Positions 27,035 to 39,899 of a stretch of DNA of 64,000 bases are shown here, piece after piece. Position 1 is the first letter of the stretch. Every line of letters begins with the position of its first letter. Made by a program: the position numbers and the translations under genes. Location of the stretch: positions 24,304,001 to 24,368,000 of the forward strand of contig NC_047021.1 in NCBI RefSeq assembly GCF_902652985.1. The letters are read 5' to 3'. The notes beneath the pieces are model-generated. The model did no database searches. It was not told where the DNA came from and saw only the letters and a list, made by a program, of their open reading frames with translations. The DNA is from Pecten maximus (taxonomy: Eukaryota).

Positions 27035-28938
27035 TTACTGCGACTGCTTCACACACACTCGCTCCTTGGGGTCGAATAGCTGAGTCATGGCCTTGTTAGA
27101 ACATTGTCCATGGTACACTACACGTTCACTCTTACAGAGGACATAGTAGGGTGAATCTTCCCGCCCTTTCCAGGCATTCAGGCCGTCCGGAAGTCCGTCA
27201 CAGCTGGGGAACCGGATGTAACATGGAATGCAGTGGCCTTGCTTACACTGGTTAGCTTCGTATTCACCTAAAACATCGTAATATACCAAATATAATATAA
27301 ATAGCATTTTCTTTAAATATATATATTAAAGAGATTAAAAACACATATTTGGTCCTCATCAGCAACGTTTATTAAATAAGAAATAATAATGTAATTTGGA
27401 AATTTGAAATTAAGACATTATATGTTACTTAGTTAATGTAATTATGTGTAGCATTTTTGTAGATATTCAATATTTTCAAATGATTTGCTTCCACAGCAGT
27501 CAGCAAAATTAAGGGAATATTACATATGATTAATCCTTAGAACTGCCCAGCCTCACATAAACTTTAATGAAGTTATAGATTTCTAATGGTGTTACTTACA
27601 CGGGTTCTTAGGAACGGAGCGAGTTCCACATTCCGCAAGTTCTGGTACCTGGCAGCCTCCCGTGGCCTCGTCAAACAACATCGGGTAGTCACATTCTTTC
27701 GTGGCGGATCTTACGTCGGCAGCTCTGGTCAGTAGCATTTCACAATCGACATATTTCGCGCAGTTTCCGGTCGGGTGGGCTTTCAGTCTATCATCAGGTA
27801 AACAAATACTTTCCTCTTTCGTAGTACCTGATGGGATAAAGCATTTTATAAAGAACACTCTCATCTTTGTAGCGCATATATAATTTCTTCATAATGAAAC
27901 TAATTAATGGGACAATATAATCAGTTAATTGACATTAAGAACAAAAACAAAAGCCAGTCTCCGACAAACAATGTAAACAATGCAACTGATGTTGAAACGT
28001 AAGAAAATTGTTGAGAAATATGTATTTGCTCTAGGATGCATGTGTTGTTAGGATCGGTCAACAAACAGTATGTGAAAGTCCGTGCCTAAGAATAGAAAAA
28101 AAAAACGTTATAGACAACTGACAGAGCCTTGGAAAGTATCTTATAATACTAAATATAGTGTACACAGGAAGTAGTTCATACTAAAATTATCTCCTAACAA
28201 TGACACACAATGAAGGTTGTCATCAGAAATGAAGACCGTCTCACCAGAAATGGATAGTCAACGGAAATGTAGAACTTGTCATCAGAAATGAAGAACTTGT
28301 CAGCAGAAATGTAAAGTATTTCAACAGAAATGTAGAATTTCTCATCAGAAATGTATAGTATATTATGTATTTCAACAGAAATGTAGAACTTGTCATCAGA
28401 AATGAAGAACTTGTCAGCAGAAATGTAGAATTTTTCAGCAGGAATGTAGAATCTGTCATTAGAAATGAAGAATTTGTCATCAGAAATGTAGAATTTGTCA
28501 TCAGAAATGTAGCATTTGTCATCAGAAATGAAAAAAAAATTGTCATCAGAAATGTCTGTTAGTCAGCACATAGGGTCGTGGTTGAATTTATTACAGTCCT
28601 CAAGAAACTAACAACGCTTATAGAGACGGGTATAAAATACATAAAAGTTATATTTCTGGCATTATTTCTAAATGAATGACCACAAGATGCTCGGGTGGTA
28701 ACTAATACTTACATGTGTCGTATTTGGAACCCTTGGGAACACAGGCTTTCGTGATGAAATCTCGGACGGAGTTGATGGGACACATGTATTTGAAGGAAGC
28801 TGAGTTAAAGCATAAATAAAATACGGAACAGTCGTTAGGATCCGCTAACCATTGGATTCCCGTATTTCCTTGGCAAATGTCGTCTGCTCGGCATAAACAC
28901 ACGATCAGAAATAAGACTAGAACTCTAGGCAAAATCAT
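27035..28938 (-). CDS. g3: secreted multi-domain ChtBD2 protein, 228 aa; exons 28938-28713, 27827-27600, 27267-27035
   Basis: Signal MILPRVLVLFLIVCLCRA and a 6-Cys domain in exon 1. Exon 2 reads CAKYVDC...ECDYPMLFDEATGGC. Exon 3 reads EYEANQC...CYIRFPSCDGLPDGLNAWKGREDSPYYVLC. GT-AG phase-1 introns, joined length 687. TATAAAA at ~29029-29035 (-). Confidence 0.9.
28218..28555. repeat. 21-bp minisatellite (TGTCATCAGAAATGTAGAATT) in g3 intron 1
   Basis: Repeated units; explains the spurious ORFs 28241-28546 and 28365-28562. Confidence 0.85.
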
Positions 28939-29909
28939 TGTAGCGTTTACAGCAATGTCCAAAATGAAGGTATGGTCTGCCTTGCCGGAGTGGAATTAGT
29001 ATGCTACTTACCGAAGTGAATACGGGTGTTTTATACGAAATGTGTCTAGATGCTTTCGTCATCAGATTGAGGTGTGTGACCGATAATGTAAGGGGACCAG
29101 ACAAGATAATTGATATGCATTACGCGTGGTAAGTGGGCGTGGTGAACATTCCTCCTATGTAAACTTTTAAATTTCAATCTAGCTTGGAAACGCACCAACT
29201 CTATGAACGATCACATGTGTTACATGGTAATTACAAATAATCCTTGTTTAGTTTCAACGTAAGAAGTCATGTATTTATATCATGTAAAACGTTTGTGGCC
29301 AAAAGCCTCAGCGGAAGTTGTAGGAAGGAATGGAAATGGAATGACGTCGCATGCTAAAGAGACACCTAAAGGCCGTTACTGATTTTCCTTCCCAACAAAC
29401 AAAATAAATATACAACCTTCGAAATTGTGAGCGGATATGACGAACTCTCATGTAGGCGTTGCCGGTAATTGACCAGGGGATACGATCATGAATGGGTTAT
29501 ATAGTTTTAGCAAATTATCAATCTTTAAAATATTCGTGTACTGATGAACTGTCGTACCCACAATATATGTTATACACAGAAATAAAAGACGCGAAATGGG
29601 TCACTATAGAATTTAAGCAATTAGTTAAGAATCATACCGTTTTATCTTCTGCCGACCTGCATATATATATACTTAGTGGATATGCATTTATCTAATAAAA
29701 AGTGTGGACAGTAACTTTATATAATGCTAAAGTAATATGAAAGCGACCAAGATATCCTGCAGAACGTTAGTCTCGGTGGTTGTAATACAACTTCTTTGGT
29801 CTGTTTATCCTATGTCTCTACGATGATTTTCAGTCTAGTATCATACGCGCTGTGTGATATCGAATAAAGCAGAAGTAAATAAGTCATTTTATTACATTTT
29901 TGCCGGTGA

Positions 29910-31720
29910 AATATATAGAAGATATTGAATGGTTTCCCCTTGAATATAATATATTTTTCATGAGTATGACAGAATATCGATATTTTCACGAGTGCAAATA
30001 TCAAAATATTAGCCAAACGAGTGAAATATATTTGGCATCACTGAATATACAGTGAGATATTCTGTTTATTACATTTTATTTAAGCATATTTTCATATCGA
30101 CTGTATACTACCATTTGGTAACAGTTCCAATGATGATTCATACAGATTTTTTTTATATACCGTAGGTTATGACGCGTTTAAATTTGCCGCTTACCCTATC
30201 ACTAACGTGATCAAGTTCAAATACCGGAACAGCCGAAATTTCTAGAAGGAATAATATAGTCCCTCTTGTCGGTATTAATAGCAAACACATAAAGTGGATT
30301 TGCACAAATTTGGGTTTATTTTCTATTTCATATACGTATTTAGATATCGCCAAATTATTCACAATTGCATAATTTCTGATTGTTTAAAATCAAAGCCGTT
30401 TTTCGGCGTAATGATATACGGTTAACATTTAGAAGTGATGCGGCTTTGAACGGGTAATTGAACAGGACAGACTTGATTCTTCGGAAACACGTACGTTTCT
30501 ATCGACTGGATTTACGTTATTTTCAGAAGAATATCAGTTCTTAAATTTTAGATGAAAGTCGTCTTGACAGTAGGTGAAAACGATTCCAAGGATTCCAGTC
30601 TAACCGGTCACAACAGTGTCGCTAACTTAGCAGACGATTTTTAACTTCACAGGGGCTCGATTTTGTTCGGTAGGCCCTTGACCTCAGTGAATAACCACAA
30701 AACTAAAATCCAGTATACATACACAAACGGAAACCATGTCGATACTCTCGATTTTTACAAGATTTTTTTTTATATAAATATTGGACTTTTAATGTTTCTC
30801 GTCGTGTCTTGCAATTCTGAAAATTCGGAAACGAGCGCCTGTGAGTGTGACGACATTGATAATTTGATAATTCCTAGATCAAGAACGGCGCTTATAGTGT
30901 TTTTGTGAGTGTTGACTACATTTTTTAATCATAAAATATTACTCTCATAACTTGTGAAGTTGCTTTATTTTTTGTTGTGGATTTTGTATATAAAAGCTCT
31001 CTAGGCCTGACCTGTAACACTTGGGACTATATTCCTACACTGACCGAAGCACTGTAAATTGTAGTATACAGTCTCATGAATACAATTTGGTTTACTAACG
31101 ACATATCGACAAATGCAACGCAGAATGTAAACTACATGATGTATCTCTTTGTGGTTCCCTGGCAACAGCTCACAACTGTACGCCAAATCGTGACGTTATG
31201 TATTCTATCTTGTATTATGACGTCATATAACGTGACGGAGAGCTACATGCAAATCTTAATTTTCCCATTGTTTGTATGTGGTCAAACCTCCAGTGAAAAA
31301 TATCAGAAAAATGAAAATCAATGGGTTATTTTGCAGTATTTCTGAAATATTCAAATTAGTTTTTGACAAAATACTCACTTGACATTAGTTTTTCCTGCAC
31401 AGATTCTCCGATAACAGCAGAAATCGCTTTAATTGCGTCGATCAGTCCTTTCAAAATGGCGCCGTCAAGTTGACGTGGAGTAACGTCACAATAATACGAC
31501 GTCAAGTACTGTATGTCACTGATTCCAGCACTTTTTGACACTAGATTATTAATTTTTCGATGTTTTTTATTTGTTTTTTAAGCATAAAAATGCAATAAAA
31601 AGTAATTTGAATGGTTTCCCGTTCATTATAACATATATTTCACTTTGTATGACACAATATTTCGATATTTTCAACCCGTGCTTCGCACTTGTGCAAGTAT
31701 CGATATTCTTTCATACCGAA
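29910..31720. mobile_element. Interspersed element with ~100-bp terminal direct repeats (possibly Crypton-like)
   Basis: TTGAATGGTTTCCC...TATGACA...GATATTTTCA..(C/G)GTGC at ~29925 and ~31607. CACGAGTG/GCACTCGTG-type palindromic motifs. No coding remnant recognised. Confidence 0.4.
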
Positions 31721-32431
31721 AAGTCACAGACCACTCACCATTGAGATCCAAATAAACTGGCAAATACAGCCATATCTAATCATATGATCAAATAATAAAT
31801 AAATATTCAATTGATTGAAAGACATCCAAGAGTGCAAGATGAGTGAAAGTGATTTGGCTAGACTCTACCGACGAATCTCCCATCCTCGTGCTCTTGGACT
31901 TAGGTATCGACAGTAAAATCGGGACATTTAAAACAAATGCAGCTAGTTACTTATCAGACACATCTTTTGTCATATTCTCGTTTACATCCTAATATTTGAT
32001 AAAGTGGGATGAACATAGCTCTTTTCTTCCACATAAGAGAAAGTTTAATAGCTAATGTTTGTTTGGATAGCTGGTTCATCACATATCATTAAAAGAAATC
32101 GTACAAAATATTTGCTTTTGTCCAAATTTCAGATCTAAGATCATCATAAAATGGATATTCTATATTGTATATTTAAAAAATGATACTCTACTTCGTATTA
32201 TTTACTGGAATCACAGGTCAGGCATGCCTACATTTATTCGATTTCATGGGGCAAAGAACCACATCTAAAGTTAAATAATGTTTTTCTTTTACTCTTGACT
32301 TGAATGAATTTTATATAACAGGTTATACATACTTGTATGTTGTACATAATTATGTAGTTTGTCACCGTTTCCATCATTTGTATCGTCCGACAGAGACAAC
32401 TGCAACTTATCACATCCTCCAAACTATTAAA

Positions 32432-33535
32432 AATGCAGTTTTGAATATGTGTGGCTGAAATTAGTCCTGAACTTTAGTTATAATGTTGTTTAAATATGTG
32501 TGGTTAAAGTTAGTCCTGAACTATAGTTATAATGCAGTTTTGAATGTGTGTGGCTAAATTTTGTCCTGAACTATAGTTATAATGCAGTTTTGAATGTGTG
32601 GCTAAAATTAGTCCTGAATTATAGTTAAAGTGCAGTTTTGAATATGTGTGGCTGTAATTAGTCATGAACTATAGTCATAATGCAGTTTTGAATGTGTGTG
32701 GCTAAATTTGGTCCTGAACTATAGTTATAATGCAGTTTTGAATGTGTGGCTAAAGTTAGTCCTGAACTATAGTTCTAATGCAGTTTTGAATATGTGTGGC
32801 TGTATTTAGTCATGAACTATAGTAATAATGCAGTTTTGAATGTGTGTGGCTAAATGTTGTCATGAACTAAAGTTATAATGCAGTTTTGAATGTGTGGCTA
32901 AAATTAGTCCTGAATTATAGTTAAAGTGCAGTTTTGAATATGTGTGGCTGTAATTAGTCATGAACTATAGTCATAATGCAGTTTTGAATGTGTGTGGCTA
33001 AATTTGGTCCTGAACTATAGTTATAATGCAGTTTTGAATGTGTGGCTAAAGTTAGTCCTGAACTATAGTTATAATGCAATTTTGAATGTGTGGCTAAAGT
33101 TAGTCATGAACTATAGTAATAATGCAGTTTTGAATGTGTGTGGCTAAATTTTGTCCTGAACTATAGTTATAATGCAGTTTTGAATGTGTGGCTGAAATTA
33201 GTCCTGAATTATAGTTAAAGTGCAGTTTTGAATATGTGTGGCTGTATTTAGTCATGCATTATAGTTATAATGCAGTTTTGAATATGTGTGGCTGAAGTTA
33301 ACCCTGAACTATAGTTATAATGTTATTTAAATGTGTATGGTTGAAGTTAGTCCTGAACTTTAGTTATAATGTTGGTTAAATATTTATGGCTGAAGTTATA
33401 CCTGAAGTGTAGTTATAATGCATGTGTAGCTGAAATTATACCTGATCTCTAGTTATGATAAAGTTAGTCCTGATCTATAGTTATGAAGAAGTTAGTCCTG
33501 AACTATAGTTATGATGAAGTTAGTCCTGAATTATA
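32432..33535. repeat. 48-50 bp minisatellite (AATGCAGTTTTGAATGTGTGTGGCTAAATTAGTCCTGAACTATAGTTAT), ~20 units, decaying to ~28-bp units
   Basis: Period 48-50, with a higher-order block of ~295 bp (32581, 32877, 33171). Confidence 0.92.
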
Positions 33536-34993
33536 CTATTTACTTTGCAATCTGTATATAGTTGTTCTTAGTTCTGCGATATAGTTTATATATATATCAT
33601 TGTACACGTGGTTATATGTATAATACTTCTTTGTTTCAACATTTGTCCAGGTCTTCTATCATTTCCGAAATATCACTTTGACATCTTGCCTCACTGAAGG
33701 AGCATTTTATGTCTTTTGAAATCCTTTATTAGAAATAACCAACTAAAGAAAATATTAATACATACTATCATTCATCGTTTGAATTAGGTGGGACAAACAC
33801 TACAGTACAAAAATAACCACCCAATTTCAAAATACTCTTATTTACACAAAGTTATCTAAATGTCCATTTCAAAGTGAACTATCACCGATATAGGGCTGAG
33901 ATATATGTCACGCAAATAAACATGGGCTTTCTACTCAAGTTTTCTGGCGTTGTTTTGAGAGACGGACCTTAAACTCGTAATGGGGAAGTATTTTATAGGT
34001 ATTGACAAGAGATGATACAGGCTTCTAACTAACGTTGTATAATCATCCTTCTATTTGTGTTCTAGTTATACATGTTCGCCTGCCCAGTAACCAAAGTATG
34101 GACTCACCATCTCCATTCTACCTCAAACACGTGTTTGGCTGGGGGCTGCTCTTATATACCAAATAGCAACAGCATAGACCGATATCACCTCACTTACCTA
34201 ATTTAGTCGGAAGTTCTTGTAGGCCAAGTACCCAAAATATTAACCGCCATTTTCCATCTACTTTAAACGTAGACCAAATGACCACAGTACAGATATCCAT
34301 TTTACGTTTTCCTCCCATATATGTGTTTGAGTTGAGCGATGCTTTCGTCGGCCAAAAACAACAGTATAGATTGACATTCCCCTTCGACCGCCCCTGCGTT
34401 AAATTGAGAAGGCGCTACCCTCGTAGGCCAAGTAACCAGAGTAAAGATTTTGTCTGCTTCCAGTAAGTGTTTGGAATAGGTGGTTGCTTTCGCAGACAAA
34501 GTAACAAAATTATTGACTGCCATTTCCCTTCTACCTCAAATTCGTGCTTGAGTAGGGAGTTTTTCTCGTAGTTCAAGACTATTGGCCGCAATTTTCTTTT
34601 ACGTCAATCAGGTGATTGAGAAGGAAGCTGTTCGTATTATCTAAGTAATCAGAGTAAACTTTCGTAGGCCACGTCAAGAAATACTGAGCATATACCCCAT
34701 CTCACTTCTACCTTTCAGAAGAGATTGTGATTGGAAATAGACCAAATTTAGATGGTTATTTTTTGTACAATCCATTGCCCCCTTTTTTTCTATTTACAGT
34801 TTGTGTTTGCGGATAGTCAGACGTTTAAACTGGTTCTGACAAAAAGATATAGAATGAATAGTTTTTATTCTTTTATTACAAAAACATTGTAAAATATCAC
34901 ATGTAATCTCAGATAGATAAATATCATGGAGGATATAATCAGTGTTGTTAAACATCACTGGAATACATTGCTATATAATATATCACAATTGTT

Positions 34994-36169
34994 TTATATA
35001 TCTACACATCCGGCCGCTTCCGGGTCGAATATCCGCCCCCTTTTTTCCTGCGGACATAAACCCTGGTAGATCACGCGCTCGCCTCGACAGACAACAAAAT
35101 AAGGGAGTCTGTTCCCTTCCAGGCCACACATTCAGTCCGTCCGGTCGTCCGGAACAGCTGGGATGACGGGCGCTACACGGCACACAATTAGGACCCTGGC
35201 ACTGGTTAGCCGTATAATCACCTACATTAAATAGTAAACATAGGGATTAGTTGGAACGAAACCTGAAATATCTGGTATTGTCAATATTCCTTAATCTTTA
35301 TATACTTTGATGAACCTTATCAAAATTAAGATATCCGTTACAATCATAACTCCAGATTTTATCTAGCAATACATACCGATAGGATCACATGTGTTGAAAT
35401 ATATCTTTAAAGACGGGTATAGTAATATCAATATTATTTCTATCGGTTTGTACAACAACCTTAATGGTTGCCATAAGTTTGTGATTTAGGGAAACAACTC
35501 TCTTGCATTATATGAATTTAAAAATATGAATATTTTCTTACATGGATCCTTTGGTTCGATCCTGTCTCCACATTTAACAGAGTCTGGGTTGGCACACCGC
35601 TTACTGTCCTCGTCGTACAGGAGTGGGTAGGGACACTCTTGTACTTCCGGTATAACGGGCGTTCCAAGCTCCCTCGGGACGGGACAGTGTATGTATTTAG
35701 CACAAGACTCCTTCAGGGAAGCATAACACTGTGGAACACTGTCTTTGATAGAGCCTACAGAAATATAAAGCTAACGTTTTAAAACATTATTTTAAAAGGT
35801 ATAAAAGACTATTTTCCAACTCAAACTATTTACGGTAAACAGGTTAGCCGTGATCTAGGTAAAAATGTTTATTATTTTAGTAAAATCTAGCATTCTGCCA
35901 ATGTTAAGATAAATATATTTGCACCCAAAACAGTTACACTTACATTTGTCCAGTTTGGATCCTTTCGGCACACATGCTTTGCTGTTGGGGTCTGTCACCA
36001 TGTTTCTGGGACACGGGTATTTAGTTCTCTGTCCATTGTAACAAAGATAGAACACGGAACAATCTGTCGGGTCTTCTTTCCACTCGACACCGGTGCTTCC
36101 GTCGCATTCCTTACTGCTTTCGTAAGCTGACACAACTGACAAAACTGATAACAGCACAAAGACGTTCAT
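34994..36169 (-). pseudogene. g4: ChtBD2 multi-domain gene copy with +1 frameshift in exon 3 (pseudogene or assembly error); exons 36169-35944, 35754-35542, 35221-34994
   Basis: Exons are 226/213/228 bp versus 226/213/227 in the intact copies. Extra C at ~35103-35105 (ACTCCCTTAT vs ACTCCTTAT). The original frame continues YFVVCRGERVIYQGLC...GCVDI*. Confidence 0.75.
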
Positions 36170-39100
36170 TCTGAATGATGGTAGAATTTTTCTGATCGAG
36201 CAGATATCTTAATAAACAGAATTATGTGTGTCTGATTTGTCTGTCTATCCTTTCCCTATATATATAATATAAACATCCCACGAACATGCCGATGACACCA
36301 TTTTGAAACAATTTGCGTGGTTTCATATCGCCCACATTTGTCCACTTACCGAATACTTTTACAAGAGACATACGACCCTCCTAGTCCGAGTTGGTATTTG
36401 TGGTCATCACGATAATTCTGACGAAACATGAATGGATTGGTATTCCTGACTACCGCGGGATTGTAGGAATTTTGGGTATGTTAGTTGGCCACGCAAGGCG
36501 TTATATCAAGACGATTTTGTCTGCTATAGAAATTAAACAAATTCCCCCTCCCCCCTTTAAACCACAAACGTGGGTGGTCATTTCTACATATTTTGTCTGT
36601 CACAGCACCATTCTTACCTTATTGATAGGTGAACTTATGCTAGACTGTTACGGTCGACTTTGGACTCAATACCTATCTACACCTCACAGAGATATGTCCG
36701 AATGTTTGTGTACCTAAGAAGACATGCTTGTTGAAATCTGATATGCTCTGAAATGCTTCTTGTAATTTCTGGACCTGGAAAGCGACACAGCTGCTTAGTT
36801 TTAGATTCATTATTAGGTATTACAATATCTATAACATAAATTTGATCATTAAACACTATTTACATTTGTGTGCTTTGCACAGAGGTTATTGTACCTTCTC
36901 ACTGTGACATTTCTTTCTAGCTAGTTTTAATTTCCTCCGTCGCCCCCTAAACATAAACACTTAAGGTCCTTAGTATACCAATGTGTCCCTATAGGACAAC
37001 ATATATGTATCATTGAATTAAATTTAATGTTGGATCTAATGCATCTACCTCTTAATATATATTTGTGTTGTCTTTTGTGAAATAGGCCATCGGTATGATA
37101 CATGCGTCGTGGCTATATAGTGTAGATTACTTAATAGTTTAAGTGTTTTTTTATTATAACAGAAGAAAACATTCATTTTTATCTCTTTTATTATTATACA
37201 TTATGTACTTATTAAGTCTGTTTTTTATTGGTTAGAATTTCTCTTTATCACTGGAAATGAAAAAGAGTATTATATAAATGTATATGTAAAGCGATGGATT
37301 GCCTGGAAAATGCGACGATTTATGACTTTCGCTATTACTACACATCCACCGAACATCCGTTTCTTCTGACCCGGTATCTATATTTGAACGATGAAATTGT
37401 ACAATGTGAATTAAGTATTTTGTTATGTGATGTACTGATGGACCATATCGTTGCTATTACTTTCTAGATCCTACATCAATTATGTACACGAACTCTTATT
37501 TAAGTTCTTGTTTAGGTACTAGTTAATTGTCCTGAAAATTCATTTGAACAATTCTGTTTCATATGAAAATATCATTAAGGTACAGAAACATTTTTTTAAC
37601 TTTTGGTATGAACTGTACTACGACTTTTATCAAAAAGTTTAGATTCATTAAAAAGACAAAGAAATCAATAATGCAGTAGACCTAAACATCGTTCTCGAAT
37701 GATTTTGCAGTAGTCTAGATAGCTTTAAAATACATGTGAATTGAAAATAGGTGAATCAGTCAATCTTTTACATGGGGTGTGATATTAAAGACTCGAAAGA
37801 TACGTCATTGATATTTCAGAAGCTCAGAGAAGTTGCTCCCCTTTAACTTTTACAGTATCCACTAGATTTGGTTTTGAAGGGAAACGTGGTCTCTGATTTA
37901 CCAGGTTTTACAATACAATACAATCAATGCTAACATGAATGGTGTAAGAGAAGTTCTTTGTTAATTGTTTAAGTTGTCTTTTATCATATCGAATATATTT
38001 TAGTGCATTAAGTAGCATACTCTACATCAATGTGAATCAACACTGCTATTTTCTTATTTCGGAGATTTTCATTTCGATACAGCATTATATATATATTAGT
38101 GATAACTTTTTTGGAGCAGACAGTGTCAACAAAACCAGCGTAGAATAGTCACGATCGATTATAAAGGTGTAATCAAAACCACGATGAAATAAAATACAGG
38201 AAGTGTAAAATCAACTGTTCGTCAACGATTGACATATCTAAATCGAATTTCAACAAAAGAATAAAATTTGTAGTAAAGCGGGAATAGTTTGTCCTGTTCG
38301 ACACGTACTAGCTAGTGTAGCACGTGCTGTGTGCTATTGCGTTTCGCAGTAAATGCTAGTTGGGGTCATTTGTAGCCGTCGTCCCGCACTGAGCGGTCAT
38401 ACCATTTTTGTTTTTTTGTTTTGACTGTATTGTAGGTTCATAACGGTCAGTAGGTTCCATAGGTGTTACCCCTGAGGATAACATGCAGTGGGAAGTAGTT
38501 AGTCTGAACTCTCCCTTGCCATTGGACGCAGGTTTCCGGAAATTTATCTGGTTTTTCCTGAGCGAGCAGGTTGATCTCGGTGAAGGGGATTTTTTACTCC
38601 TGAAAAAATGTAATCGTATTATAATAGTGGCCTTCTTTGTCCTTATGTCACTTGTATAATCACTGTTTTTTCATGTCTGACATTAAACGCCGACCGCTAT
38701 TTAAACGGCGGGCTAGACGGCAAATGGATATTTGCGTTATTGTTTAATGTTAAAGGCATATTTTAGTGTAGAGAAGACTGGAAACAAACTGTGCCACTGT
38801 AGTCTTATCTTACTTTTTATATCAAACTAGGCTGATCGGAATATCCAGCAAACCTATGAAGGTAGTAACAAGCTTAGGCTTATTATGGGGAGATATCATT
38901 TCAGTTTGTCTATGAAAAATGAATTTGCTGAAATGGGCAAATGTTTACGTTCGATTATCACTCAGAAAATATGACCATTTTGAATATAAACACTCACTCT
39001 CTTTACACTGCATTTAAGCTGTATGCACTAATTGGTGATGTCTAATACATTTATAATTCTATTATTTTTAGACCGTGATTTTTATCGTTACATCTATGTT

Positions 39101-39343
39101 AATTGTTTTGCAGTGTCTGTGCAGGAGAGGAGAAACATTATCTGTTACACATACCGTATTTCTTATCCAAATTTACGGTGGACTCCATCGTCACTACATA
39201 ATTAGGCCCGTTTGTAGAGAGATTGTTTTTGTATCATTACATGTACAATACAATTATAATATACTGTGTGTTATATATGTAATAATGTATACACACAAAT
39301 CTTGGAACTTTATCTGTATAAAGAGTGTTTATTGCAAAATATG

Positions 39344-39860
39344 TTATCGGGCCTTTCGTTATCGGACCCTTCATTATCGCACCCTTCTTTATCGGACCCT
39401 TCATTATCACACCCTTTGTTATAGGACCCTTCATTATCGCACCCTTTGTTATAGGACCCTTCATTATCGGACCCTTCGTGATCGGACCCTTCATTATCGC
39501 ACCCTTCGTTATCGGACTCTTCGTTATCGGACCCTTCGTTATCGGATCCTTCATTATCGCACCCTTCGTTATTGGACCCTTCGTTATCTGACCCTTCATT
39601 ATCGCACCCTTCTTTATCGGACCCTTCATTATCGCACCCTTCGTTATCGGACCCTTCATTATCGCACCCTTCGTTATCACACCCTTCGTTATCTGACCCT
39701 TCATTATCGCACCCTTCGTTATTGGACCCTTCGTTATCGGATCCTTCATTATCGCACCCTTCGTTATTGGACCCTTCGTTATCTGACCGTTCGTTATTGG
39801 ACCCTTCGTTATCGCACCCTTCGTTATCGGATCTTTCGTTATCGGACCCTTCGTTATCGC
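39344..39860. repeat. 15-bp minisatellite (TTATCGGACCCTTCG / TTATCGCACCCTTCA variants), ~34 units
   Basis: Clear 15-bp period. It produces the stop-free repetitive ORFs 39075-39881, 39237-39749 and 39572-39991. Confidence 0.92.
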
Positions 39861-39899
39861 ATCATTATATTGTCAACCTAGACTTCTTCAATTTACGAT

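Noticed and set aside
28241-28562. Repetitive ORFs FLMTNST / RNVEFVI
   Set aside because: 21-bp intronic minisatellite in g3.
17900-29360. Shared TGACG/CGTCA half-CRE and GATA motifs upstream of several paralogs
   Set aside because: Short motifs expected by chance, and no alignable conserved module among g1, g2, g3 and g4-7 could be established without computation.
34060-34720. Degenerate ~70-bp repeat (GTAGGCCAAGTAACCA / TTCTACCTCAAA motifs) and overlapping small ORFs
   Set aside because: Too decayed to define a period or origin by eye. The ORFs have no recognisable motifs.
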